Positions 29,518 through 42,057 are shown, numbered from the whole stretch's first letter. The stretch is DNA of 63,301 nt, filler included, from Reclinomonas americana ATCC 50394 (GCA_048213135.1; 6 parts of 2 records of this genome joined end to end with filler, not necessarily neighbours in it), one strand, 5' to 3'. The notes: generated by a model from the sequence alone, not told the origin. A program made the numbers and translations.

Positions 29518-30487
29518 ATGCTCTGTCGCCGTCACCCCCGATGGTCAACACGTTGTGACTGGCAGTCAAGACAAGACGGTGCGAATGTGGTCGGCGACGA
29601 CTGGTGAAGAGTTGCTGCGATTAGTGGGACACTTTTTTGGAGTATGGTCTGTCGCCATCACTCCTGATGGCCAGCACATCGTGAGTGGCGGTGATGACGA
29701 GACAGTGCGGTTGTGGTCAGTCACGAGTGGAGAGGAGGTAAGACGGCTTAAGGGACACATTGGTGCGGTGCACTCGATTGCCGTCTCTGCTGACAGCCAG
29801 CACATTATCAGCGGAAGTGAGGACAAGACAGTGCGAGTGTGGTCGCTGACGAGTGGCGACGAGGTACGACGGCTGGCGAGGCATACGGGAGAGGTGTACT
29901 CTGTCGTCGTCACTCCCGACGGGCAGCACGTCGTAAGCGGTAGTCAAGACAAGACCGTCCGAGTGTGGTGTCTGGCGCGTGTGGAGGAAGAAGTGCAACG
30001 GCTGGAGGGACACACTGGAGGGGTAAACTCGGTTGCCGTTAGTCCAGATGGTCACCACGTTGTGAGTGGGAGCGCTGACAAGACCGTGCGTGTGTGGTCG
30101 CTGGTGACTGGGAGAGAATTGCGACGGCTGGAGGGACACACCTGTCCAGTGCGGTCTGCCGTCGTCACTTCCGATGGACAGCACATTATCAGTGGCAGTG
30201 ACGACAAGACAGTGCGCATGTGGTCGCTGGCGACCGGCGGGGAGGTGCAAAGTGTCGGTGCCGGCTTTGTTTATGTGCAAGCGGCATGTGCGGACGACAG
30301 TCAATGCTTAGATGGACACACTGGTCTGGTGACCTCAGTCGCGGTCTCTCCAGACGGTTCGCACATCGTAAGTGGCAGCGCGGACATGACGGTGCGCATC
30401 TGGTCGTACCACCACCACCGTTCCGCTCTCTTGGACCGTGTTCTCGGTTCTTTCCTTCCTGACTTTGCCGATTCTCTCGGAGAGTAG
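29518..30487 (+). CDS. C-terminal WD40 array (7 highly similar repeats), 5' truncated
   Basis: Repeating GHxxxVxSVAVTPDGQHIVSGSxDKTVRVWSL units, no obvious intron. Same repeat type as the truncated end of the NACHT gene at 34732. Confidence 0.9.
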
Positions 30488-30612
30488 ACGCAGTTGGAGT
30501 AGTAGTAGTATGCAGATTTTCTTCATTTAAACAGTGTGACACATGATGACAATTGAGGAAGCGCGTCGGCTGGTCACACATCACAGTGATGGCAGTGGTA
30601 GAAGCCGTGTCT

Positions 30613-30660
<48 letters not shown>

Positions 30661-31195
30661 CGTACGTACGTACGTACGTNNNNNNNNNNNNNNNNNNNNN
30701 NNNNNNNNNNNNNNNNNNNNNNNNNNNNNNNNNNNNNNNNNNNNNNNNNNNNNNNNNNNNNNNNNNNNNNNNNNNNNNNNNNNNNNNNNNNNNNNNNNNN
30801 NNNNNNNNNNNNNNNNNNNNNNNNNNNNNNNNNNNNNNNNNNNNNNNNNNNNNNNNNNNNNNNNNNNNNNNNNNNNNNNNNNNNNNNNNNNNNNNNNNNN
30901 NNNNNNNNNNNNNNNNNNNNNNNNNNNNNNNNNNNNNNNNNNNNNNNNNNNNNNNNNNNNNNNNNNNNNNNNNNNNNNNNNNNNNNNNNNNNNNNNNNNN
31001 NNNNNNNNNNNNNNNNNNNNNNNNNNNNNNNNNNNNNNNNNNNNNNNNNNNNNNNNNNNNNNNNNNNNNNNNNNNNNNNNNNNNNNNNNNNNNNNNNNNN
31101 NNNNNNNNNNNNNNNNNNNNNNNNNNNNNNNNNNNNNNNNNNNNNNNNNNNNNNNNNNNNNNNNNNNNNNNNNNNNNNNNNNNNNNNNNNNNNNN

Positions 31196-31240
<45 letters not shown>

Positions 31241-31321
31241 GGGGGGGGGGTGGCGCGCGCTCTCTCTCTCTCCCTCCCTCCCTCCCTCCTTGCATTGTTT
31301 GCTGAGCTGCGTGCATGACAG

Positions 31322-31973
31322 GTCCACACCGCCGGCGCTGTACGGCTCGTTGAACACGCGCATCAAGGAGGCTGCCACGGAGGTGGGCGCGGATCCTGCC
31401 AACTACGGCACCCACTCTCTGCGTCGCGGCATGGTCGTCAACGCCATCAGCTCTGGCGCCGATCGCAACCAAGTCATCGGCACTGTGGGGTGGTCGACGA
31501 GGGGTGCCTGCAACCAGTTCGACAACTACGCGCAGACGTCGCGCGTTCTCAATCGCGGAGTCATGTCGCACCTTGGCATCGGCACCGTGGCAGTGGTGGA
31601 GACAGTGGATGGTGTCCCCATTGGGCGCTTGTGCTCTCGGCCGGCGTACTATGACAAGCGAGTGGAGGCCGTCGCTGTCAGTGCTCTGCCGCCACCGCTT
31701 CCGCGCCGCGTGTGTCACACCACTCCCGCCACCCCCGCCACGCCCACCACCACTACCACCACCGCATTCAGCAGCAGCGGCAGTGGCAACTCTGCAACTG
31801 CAACTCCTGCAACTCCTGCTGCTGTTGACACAGCTCCGACCGCAGCACTCCCGACTGCAGCGCGCGCCCTCTCCTTTGCGGATGAGACGCCGCGCCGTCA
31901 GCGCCGCCGGCAGAGTGTGCCTTACCATCCACGAGAGTCTCGCTCTGCTTCATCTTTGGATGACAGTGTGTGA
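31322..31973 (+). CDS. Tyrosine recombinase, last exon (catalytic H-x-x-R, W, Y)
   Basis: ANYGTHSLRRGMVVNAISSGADRNQVIGTVGWSTRGACNQFDNY; preceded by acceptor catgacag. Confidence 0.9.
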
Positions 31974-33290
31974 TCTCTCTCGCTCTCTCTCTCTCCTCTC
32001 TGCCGTGCGCGTCTCTTTGCCGGCCTCCCCTGCAGCGTTCAATAAACATACATGCCGCTGTGTTGCATCTGTTGTTCCTGTTGACCGTTGCCGACTGCTG
32101 TATCCACGCCGCGTTGCGCGCCAAACCAACCGACGATTCTGCATTCTGTTTTTTGTCATTGTTTCGTACGCAGAGGTGCACCCTCCCTTCGTGTTTTTGT
32201 GTGCCTTTTTCGCTCTCTCGTATATATGTGTGTGTGCTCTCCCCCTCTCTAGTGTGTGGTGCTGTGCGCGTGCAGCGGGGCGCCGCACACGAAGAGATGT
32301 GTGTGTGTGTGTCTCTGCTCTGATTCGCGTGTGCATTTCGTAACCGATTGTGTTCTGTCGCGCTCTTCTCTTCTCGCCTCTCGCTGCTGCAGTGCTTATG
32401 TGTGTGTCTGTAGTGTGTGTGGTTCCTGCTGTGTGTGTGTGTGTGTGTGTGCGTGTCTGTGTCGTGCTCCACTCGTTGGTTTTATCTCGGCAGTTGGTGC
32501 CACCTACACTTGGTCGGCGTGCGTGTGCGCGCACTCCCTGCGGGAGTGCGTGCACGCGTCGCGCTCGCGTACCGCGTGGCCGACCCACATGTGGTGTGCG
32601 TCGACACTCTCTGGAGAGTGCGCGCACACAATTGTGAGGTCGCGTCCAGCACAGTTTTGTGCTGTGACACCCACGCAGGCTCTGCATGGCTTCGAGGCTC
32701 TGTGCGCGCGCGTAGCGCGCGCAGGCCTCGCCGCCGCGCGGTACGCGCGGCACGACGCATGGTGCGCGCGCTTGCGCGCGCAACATGCTGCCGAAGGCAA
32801 CCAGTGACCAGTATTGGTCACCGTCGTGTCAAAACTAATNNNNNNNNNNNNNNNNNNNNNNNNNNNNNNNNNNNNNNNNNNNNNNNNNNNNNNNNNNNNN
32901 NNNNNNNNNNNNNNNNNNNNNNNNNNNNNNNNNNNNNNNNNNNNNNNNNNNNNNNNNNNNNNNNNNNNNNNNNNNNNNNNNNNNNNNNNNNNNNNNNNNN
33001 NNNNNNNNNNNNNNNNNNNNNNNNNNNNNNNNNNNNNNNNNNNNNNNNNNNNNNNNNNNNNNNNNNNNNNNNNNNNNNNNNNNNNNNNNNNNNNNNNNNN
33101 NNNNNNNNCTAGTAATGTTAGGTAGAACTGTGTAGATACTAGTGTGTATATGGAAGGAATGTGTGTGCGCGCGCACAGTGAACTGTGGCTGCACGCTCTT
33201 CTATTGGCGTGCGCCACGGCGCACGCCAGTTCAGAAAGAGCATCAACTGACCGTGCTTCTGTTCGCTCCGCAGTTCCTTTTTGACGCACG

Positions 33291-34594
33291 ATGGAGAGCG
33301 AGCTGTTCCGCGACCTGGATCACGAGATTGTGGAGGCTGGTGCTGTGGGCAACCTTGCTCCGAAGACTGTGTCAGACTACCGCTACATTGTGCAACAGTT
33401 TACAGCGTTCTTGCGAGAGCATGCGTGCTGTATCGGTGAGACGAACTGCTCATGCACACACTACGCCGCACCGTGCTGACGCACGCTCCTCTGCAGAGTC
33501 CATCCCAGATCGCAACCCTGCATTGCATCAGGCTGCAGTGGACATGTGTTGGGACGACGCACACATCGACCGATGCGTGGCTGTGTACGTCAAGTACCGC
33601 GCCCGGAACCACATCAAGTACTACTCGATCCACAAGGACTTGCAGGCCATCAACTGGCACCGGAAGCAGCTCGGCTACACCACGGTACGCATAACAACTT
33701 GTTTGCGCGCGAAGCAACTGCCACGAGTTCCATTTTACCGACCACTCCTGCAATTTGTTTCTCGCTGGTTTTCGCGCGCTCAGGTTGTCGGCTACTCGTC
33801 GCGCTTCTCTCCTCAGACGGGTGTGGCGTTGCTGTCGGTCAGGCGCGACAGGGATGGCAGCGGTGTGGCGCAGACGCACAAGGAGCCAGCAGATCCAGTC
33901 ATCGTGTTGACGGCAGTTGCGCTGTGTGATCGCAATGCCGCGTTTGCGTTCCGGCGCATGCTGGAAGTGCAGGCGACGCTGCAGCACCTCTCGCCGGGGG
34001 CCCGCGACAAGCGCGCAGAGAAGGAGCGCGCGCGCCAGACGCACTTGCGCTCGTTCCATCGTTACCTGAGGTGCGTGAGATGCAGTACTGCATGTTCGTC
34101 AGTTTGCCTGTTTCTCACCCGCTCCCTCTCTCTCTCTCCTCCCCCCTCTCCCCTCTCCCTCCTCTTTCCACGCTGGCGCGCAGCGAGGGCACGGTCCTCC
34201 TGCTGCAGTACGCAGGCGGGCGGCGCAACAGCGAGGTGGTGAACCTGCGCTTGTGTGACATCGCCTTCTACCCGCTGGGGAATCGTCAGATTACCGCCGC
34301 CCACCTGCTGCGTCGCCGCCTGTTCTTCACGGAGGATGACGAGCTTGTGCCGGTGGAGCCGCACGACGAGGAGGCGCCGGGTTGGCAGCTGCTGCATCGC
34401 GTGACTGTCACTGTGCCGCGCTCGAAGACCGATCAGGAGGGTGTCGGGCACATGATCGACATTGTGCGCATGGAGCCGGCGCGCTGGTGCCCCGTGGCTC
34501 GTCTGCTGGTGTACCTCTCGTACGCCAAGCCGCACTTCCTCGAGAGCCCTCAGGAGCACAGGTCGGAGTACCTGTTTCAAGTGCAGGAGGGGCA
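33291..34594 (+). CDS. Tyrosine recombinase, exons 1-4 (core-binding domain and first half of catalytic domain)
   Basis: LAPKTVSDYRYIVQQFTAF, LQAINWHRKQLG, LLLQYAGGRRNSEVVNLRLCDI, VTVPRSKTDQEGVG, WCPVARLLVYL, EYLFQ; three GT-AG introns restore the frame. Confidence 0.9.
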
Positions 34595-34596
34595 GT

Positions 34597-34633
<37 letters not shown>

Positions 34634-34731
34634 TGGGGTGGGGGGGTGGGGGGTGCGCGCGTCTCTCTCTCTCCTCCCTCCCTCCTCCTCTCGTACTTGT
34701 TTGTTCGTCGTNNNNNNNNNNNNNNNNNNNN

Positions 34732-37700
34732 AAACAATGTGCTGACCATCGGGAGTGGCAGCGACAGACATTACGCAGTCAGTGTGCCCCACCATCGGCT
34801 TCCTCGGCCACTTCATCCCCGTCACATCCGCTCCCCTGAAATCCGCCTCCCTTGCATACGCCATGCACATATTCACCCCTCGCAGATCTGCCCCCCTCCA
34901 CACTGTCCTGTGCATCACCGCATCCCTCAAATCAGCCCCCCTCACCCGCACACCCGACAGATCTCGCCCGCTGAACGACACCTGAGCCACACATAACACC
35001 GTGGCTGCATTCGCTGCTGCCGTCACCACTCGCTCCTCCTCATCCACCTCCCGTGACAACTCAATCACCTCCCACAGTCTCGTTTGCAATCGAGGTGACC
35101 GTCGCACCACCTCGGCAATCTGCTCAACTAGCGGCGGTCGATCGTTCAGCAGCCGCACTGCCAGCACATGCTGCTGCACATCTTGCATTGTCAATCGCCT
35201 CTCCTCATCCCACGTCTCCCATGCAAATACATGTCGTGCCACACAGTGCTCCAGTAAAGACAGATGCACGAAACCCCACTGATCCGTCCCATACCGTCGC
35301 ACAATCGGACAGCACACTCGCACATGCTGGTTCTTGCGGCCGAGGAACTTGTCAAATGGTCCCTTTTCAACTCGACGGAAGCTGATCGGGGCCCCACCAA
35401 ACTCGGCAATGTCCTCTTCGAATGCTCGCTCTTCAGACACCACGCGCACCACGTTCCTCTCATGCATCAGCCGTGCCAGTCCCTCACAGAACGCCAGACA
35501 CGTCTCCTCACTCGGCACACGCTCTGCACCAAGACGCGTCTGTCTCTCTTGCTCCCTCACAATCCACTGTCGAATGAATCGGTCAAACACATCACATCGA
35601 GTCGGTCGCTGCACACCACTCGCCACCAACTGCGGCAACACACGGGCCACTACCGATAACATATATGGATTCGATACCAATGCATCCAGTCCATGCACAC
35701 TCTTCAGTGCACGAATGTACTCCTCGGCAGTCGACCATCGCACATCACCGATATCGTCATCATCACCACTCACTCTCACCAGTCTCACGAAATACTCCTC
35801 AATCTGCTCCTTGTTGAACGGCGCAATGTGTCGCTCCATCAGTTGCTGCATGCATAACTGTCCGCGTGCGTCCACGGGAGCAAAACATCGTCGATACTGT
35901 ACCGCTCCACCCAATGCCGTCAGTGCGTAATCCTCACGGCAGGTGATAATCACCTTTACGTCGCGACACACAGATGCATCCAGCCGGTTCTTGACAAACA
36001 GATTCACACCACGATACAACTCATCGTACCCGTCCAGTAACAACAGCAGTGGTTCCTCCTTCAACCGTCGCGCATCCGATTCACTGAATCCCAACTCGGG
36101 TGAGAGTCGCTCCAATGCCTCCTCGAGCAATCTCTCGTCGGCATTGCGCAGAGCACCAAGAGGCACACGCACAGGCACTCGTCGCAGTCGACTCTCTCCT
36201 GCCTCCTGCCACTGTCGCCATGCTCGCTCGGCCAACACCGACATGGTGGTGGTCTTGCCGGCACCGCTGTTGCCAAACAGAACCAGCACACGGTGGGTGG
36301 TGTTGGTGTCAGAGAGGAAAGCATCAGCTTCCGTTAATAGGTCCAGCAGCTTCTCCCTCGGCGCGACGTCACGCTCACGTGAGCACAGCAATGGCACATA
36401 CATCTGCATGTCCTTGCGCACACTCTCGTCGTGCTCATAGAACGAGAGCTCTCGTGCAGCCAATCGATGCAGGTGTTCCTCGAAAGTGCTGATATGCACA
36501 TTAGCTGGGGGAAAACGACGAACAGAACTCAGCAGGCATGCCCATGAAATAGTCAACGATTCGCTAACAGTTGCACAAACCATGCCGCACTTGCTTCAAG
36601 TGATCTCTCGCTGTGGCCTTGACTCGTTCGTCAACATGGAGGAGGTCGCAGAGCATACCAAGCTGTCCGTTGCTTCCGTCGGTTCCCAGCCAAAGGTTGA
36701 CCTCTGGTGCCAAATTGTGCGTGCCAGATCGATGCACGACCTCATTGCGGAAGCCACGAAGGCGATCAATAACCCCACGCTGCAAGCGTCACGGATAGTA
36801 TACACGTGTCAGTGGAGCTGCATTCTTTCCACTTGTCATGATGGCGGGGATGGAAACGCACTTCGATAGTATCGCTCATGAGGAGTTCGTGCCTATCGCT
36901 GTCGTCGACGTCGACTCCACCATGGAGGAGAAGGGAGCACACCAGCATGAAGCTGAAGGCTGAGCAGCTGGGAGCCGATGTGCGTCCGGAGGCCTCAAAC
37001 TCCTCCATCCACTTCTGCAGCGCCAACTTGTCCGCAGCGTCAACAACCATGACCCGACCAGTGCGCGACCGCAGCCTAGCGACACAATACACACAGGGAA
37101 TAACATATTAGTTGGTGACAATTTTCACACCTCTCTTTGTCAAGCTACAAAACGCAACCGACGCGGCGGATCTGGCTTGTACCACTCGGTGACTCTGACA
37201 TCGAATGCACGACAGAAGTCGGGAAGGAGTCGCTGCAGTCGGATTCGCAGCAACTCGGTGACAATGTCCAACGCTGTCGACAATCGTCCATAGTTGATGA
37301 CGCCAACCTGGAACGTGAAACTGGCAGAGTCGCGCCCATATGCACCGTGTGAAAACCGTGCGCTGCTAGTTACCGCATGAGCGGTGTCAGCAGTGGACTC
37401 GGAGGTGTCTCCAGTCCTCGCCTGCTGCTCGGCGATGCTGTTGCGGACAGAGTGGATTGTCGGTTGAGAAGAAAGTATGCGCACACGAGCTTGTGGAAGG
37501 AACATTGCGCAACGTTGATTCGCCCACTTTCACCACAAACGTGGTGCCCGGGTTGAAACGGTGCAGGGTGGCACTTGTTGAGAAGGCCTTGGGCTTCAGC
37601 ACCTCCACAATGTGCAACGACTGATTCCCAGTCGTCTCACGCAACGCCTCGGTGGCGGCCGCGATAAACTGCGCTGCAGTGGACGAACGCTGTAGTCCGC

Positions 37701-38343
37701 ACACCTCCACTTCACCAGCCTGTCCATGGATTTTGACGCGAACCACCAACTCCTGAGAGAGCTAAAAAAATATCGTCAGCATCAGTTGGCGCGTTTCACG
37801 GCCTGACAAGACACACAGTCTACCTCGCTGCGCTTTGCCTGCTCTCTTCCGTTGCTCATGTCCTCGCCTGCGTCACTGCGCGCAGAATCGTGACTGGAGG
37901 AACGCGATTGCTTGTCAACATATTCGCTGCGAGACGGCTGTGGTTAGGCAGCGCTGAAACCCACTCTCTCGCTTCCACTGTGACGCAACGCTGGAGCAGC
38001 GATCACCACGGCCGTCAACTCAGCCCCGTGGTGGATGCCCAGCGATAAGAGGGTGTGGTCGCCCAGTTCATGCAGATCGCCGAGATGGTCGATCGACTCC
38101 ACTTGGAGCGTCGCATCGCTGACGATGGCGCGGATGCGTTCCGTGATGGTGTCGACCAGCTGCTGCAGCGTACACTCAGCGTCCAGGTTGTGCAAGACCA
38201 CGGTGACCATGCCGGTGCCGAATTGCGCAGTCACCGTGAGTGAGAATTGCTGCGCGTGGAGTCAGCAGAGTAAGACCAAGGCGCGAGTGGTCTCTCTGAG
38301 ACACACGTAGACCCGCAGAACCACGCACCGCGCGCTCCGACAT
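34732..38343 (-). CDS. NLR-like STAND NTPase: Ubl-like x2 - NACHT - pentapeptide - WD40 (3' truncated)
   Basis: Walker A GNSGAGKTT, Walker B LLLLDGYDE, KVIITCREDY, LVSNPYML, FVHLSLLEHCVAR, AAANAATVL followed by pentapeptide repeats (GADLRD, GADLRG, EADFRGAD) and GHTDCVMSVAATPDGQHIV. Joining of the upstream exons (37.5-38.3 kb) is inferred. Confidence 0.85.
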
Positions 38344-40093
38344 GATGAAGACGTAATGTGGGGTGTGGGACACAGTTATAACTCTGGCGCGTTTCGACGC
38401 GATTTCGACCAGGATGCTCCCCCGCACTACTGCTCTCAGTGGACTGCGCATTCACACCACTTCTCCAAGGATACGCATTGCTGTATACAGCCGTGCAAGT
38501 CGACGTCGCGACGTCTTGCATGTCGAATTCTGTGTGCGCGTGCAGCCAGACGAGCTCATCCACGTAAGTATAAGTGTGCTTCCCGACACNNNNNNNNNNN
38601 NNNNNNNNNNNNNNNNNNNNNNNNNNNNNNNNNNNNNNNNNNNNNNNNNNNNNNNNNNNNNNNNNNNNNNNNNNNNNNNNNNNNNNNNNNNNNNNNNNNN
38701 NNNNNNNNNNNNNNNNNNNNNNNNNNNNNNNNNNNNNNNNNNNNNNNNNNNNNNNNNNNNNNNNNNNNNNNNNNNNNNNNNNNNNNNNNNNNNNNNNNNN
38801 NNNNNNNNNNNNNNNNNNNNNNNNNNNNNNNNNNNNNNNNNNNNNNNNNNNNNNNNNNNNNNNNNNNNNNNNNNNNNNNNNNNNNNNNNNNNNNNNNNNN
38901 NNNNNNNNNNNNNNNNNNNNNNNNNNNNNNNNNNNNNNNNNNNNNNNNNNNNNNNNNNNNNNNNNNNNNNNNNNNNNNNNNNNNNNNNNNNNNNNNNNNN
39001 NNNNNNNNNNNNNNNNNNNNNNNNNNNNNNNNNNNNNNNNNNNNNNNNNNNNNNNNNNNNNNNNNNNNNNNNNNNNNNNNNNNNNNNNNNNNNNNNNNNN
39101 NNNNNNNNNNNNNNNNNNNNNNNNNNNNNCGCAACTGTCTGTGATGAGTGCAGAGGTGTCCACAGCCAGCTCCGCGCCCTGTCGCAGTGTCCGCAGTGAG
39201 TCTCTCGCTGTTATTCCACTGCGATGAAGACGACCACACTCACATCCCGCGCCGCGTATCCATTGGATCCATTCAAAGCATGCAGAGAGGGAGGAGGAGG
39301 TGGACGCAAGGCACCTACAAGTGCGTGAGAGCGAGAGGGAGAGAGAGAAGCGAATGAGAGAGGGTCGTGAAAGCGAACAATGTGAGAGTTGGCACACACA
39401 CTCACACACACCTCGACCGGCCTCTTGGTGAAGCATCTCCGATCGTCGAGCGTGCGAGTGCGGCGGCGGTGAGTGCGCCTTTCGCAACTCCAGTTGTGAG
39501 ATGATGATGATGGATGAGTCAGCAGAGATTCCCGACGTCGCTTGGTGTCCAGCGCCAGTGTGCATTTTCCCACAGCAGCTGCAGTGGCGTATTGTNNNNN
39601 NNNNNNNNNNNNNNNNNNNNNNNNNNNNNNNNNNNNNNNNNNNNNNNNNNNNNNNNNNNNNNNNNNNNNNNNNNNNNNNNNNNNNNNNNNNNNNNNNNNN
39701 NNNNNNNNNNNNNNNNNNNNNNNNNNNNNNNNNNNNNNNNNNNNNNNNNNNNNNNNNNNNNNNNNNNNNNNNNNNNNNNNNNNNNNNNNNNNNNNNNNNN
39801 NNNNNNNNNNNNNNNNNNNNNNNNNNNNNNNNNNNNNNNNNNNNNNNNNNNNNNNNNNNNNNNNNNNNNNNNNNNNNNNNNNNNNNNNNNNNNNNNNNNN
39901 NNNNNNNNNNNNNNNNNNNNNNNNNNNNNNNNNNNNNNNNNNNNNNNNNNNNNNNNNNNNNNNNNNNNNNNNNNNNNNNNNNNNNNNNNNNNNNNNNNNN
40001 NNNNNNNNNNNNNNNNNNNNCGCGCACGCATACACACACGCACACACACTCTCTCCCTCCCCGCTCGATCACTCACACACACACACGCGCGGC

Positions 40094-40894
40094 AGTCTCG
40101 AGTTGCTTGGATGTTCTGCGCGTGATTCAGATGCAGCTCGGCTTGCAGGAGTACGATGTCGACGAGTATCACGCCCTTATGCAGTACTCGGACATGGGCG
40201 AGCTACTGTCAGCACAGCAAATGAGCGATGTGCTGCACTCGAGGGGAACGCAGAGCTTCCTGCAGAAGCTCACCGACGTCGGTATTCCCATCGAGGTGTG
40301 TGATCACTGCACGATCCCGGCTGTGCGTGACGCAGCGTTGACACCCTTGTGATCGTCGCTCCATGCAGGTGGCCAACTTGGCTGCGGAGTTGGTCCGGCC
40401 ACTGCAGCCAACATCTCGGTCACGCAGGGGTACTGTGAATGGTGCTGGCGGATCATCGGGTGGATTGGCGGCTCCCAGTGGCTTCTCGCCACCACCTCAT
40501 GCCGCAGCGTTGTCGGCATTGTCGGTGGTGCGGTCGCCGAGTGCGGCTGACGTGTTTAGTCTGAGGGGTGAGATGGAGTCGGAGGGTCTGGCGTTTGGGT
40601 TGCCGGAACTGCGGCTTCCGCAGCTGGCTGTCGGCGCCACGCTCGAGTGCCCGGAGGAAGGAGTGACGCTGAATGCCGGACAGACTGTGACGTGCATCTG
40701 GTCTTGTAAGAATACGGTATGTTTGTCGTCGCTGAATGAGTGCCAAATCAACGAGAGCGTCTTGAGTTCACGAGTTTGGTGCGCAGGGTACCAAACCGTG
40801 GCCGGCGAGACTGTCCTTGATGGTGAGCGCGTTGGCGGAGCAGCAGCATGTTGCAACTCTCTTCATAATCGCCGTTTCCTTTGTGCAGCGCATC
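40094..40894 (+). CDS. Partial multi-exon protein of unknown function
   Basis: Coding-like segments 40094-40295 and 40369-40726 with GT-AG boundaries; truncated by gaps. Confidence 0.45.
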
Positions 40895-40994
40895 NNNNNN
40901 NNNNNNNNNNNNNNNNNNNNNNNNNNNNNNNNNNNNNNTTAATTAATTAANNNNNNNNNNNNNNNNNNNNNNNNNNNNNNNNNNNNNNNNNNNN

Positions 40995-42019
40995 GCCATC
41001 GGCGGCAAATCGTCCATCCATGTTTCGCTCTTTCCGTTCAGGATCCACTGTGCAGGTGTGCGCATTCCGTGTGATTGTCTCTGCCGCCACCATTACGTTC
41101 CTCACTGCCGGTCGGCACCGCAGATGGTTCCGCCCGGCGGCGCGATTGCGTCCTCCGAGTCTACTCTCAGTGTGCCAGGCGGCAATCCGCCCGCACGTGC
41201 CATTTCGGCTCCAGTTGTCAATGCCGCGGGTGTACGACTACCTATCGCGCAATCGTCTGCAATTCCACCTCCACGGGCCTCGAATATTGCGCCATCTGCT
41301 GCTACTGGAACAATTACCAATCCACGCTCCAGCGTTGACGGTGCGGCGCCGATGCGGCACATGATTGAGACACCCATGTTGTTGGTGCCACAATCACCGC
41401 CGCCACCGTACTCGCCCGAACCACCATCGCAGGCGCTCAAGCCGGCACTTGTGGTGCCGCCATCGCCGCCGTCTGCCGCTTCGCCTGCGGTCTCGCACGG
41501 TCCAGCTGTTCGACCGCATCATGCCGCTCTGGAGCATGTCGGTCGAAGTGTGGACCTGTCGAATGTTTCGATCCAGAATCAGGGAGACTTGTCGCGCACC
41601 TCGCCCGAAATGAGTCCGTGGGATCCGCAGGCGTCCGACGATGTGCGTGCGCGCATCGCCGACATGCTGTTTGCGCCCGACGATTCCAACGGGCAGTCAT
41701 CGTCGCCAGCCATGACAACGTGGTCGGCGGCCTTTGAGGATGGCGACAAGTACCTGCCGCGTCGTGTGCACCAGATTTGGGAGGCAGATCGCAGCAAGAG
41801 TACGTGTTGCCATCGTGGTCCTTGTACTACCTGGTTGTGTTCAGCAACTCACAACCGCTGCTTGCTCACTCCCACAGCCGAGCAGCTGGAGGTTCTCCAG
41901 TTGATTCTCAACGGCGTTCAAGGCGTGCAGCGCGTGGAACCATTGTCGCCGCTCATGTTCCTCGACATTGACCCGCCAGTTCTCACCAGTGACATTGTTG
42001 CGTGTGCGCGCGGCTTTTT

Positions 42020-42057
<38 letters not shown>

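Larger units (their letters stand above)
31196..34711 (+). mobile_element. Crypton-like (intron-containing tyrosine recombinase) element, circularly permuted or tandem in the assembly
   Basis: Single YR gene with four spliceosomal introns, no RT/RNaseH/gag seen; 3' half lies upstream of 5' half. Confidence 0.7.

Noticed and set aside
29518-30420. CRISPR-like or non-coding repeat array
   Set aside because: The periodicity is explained by WD40 coding repeats; there is no repeat-spacer structure.
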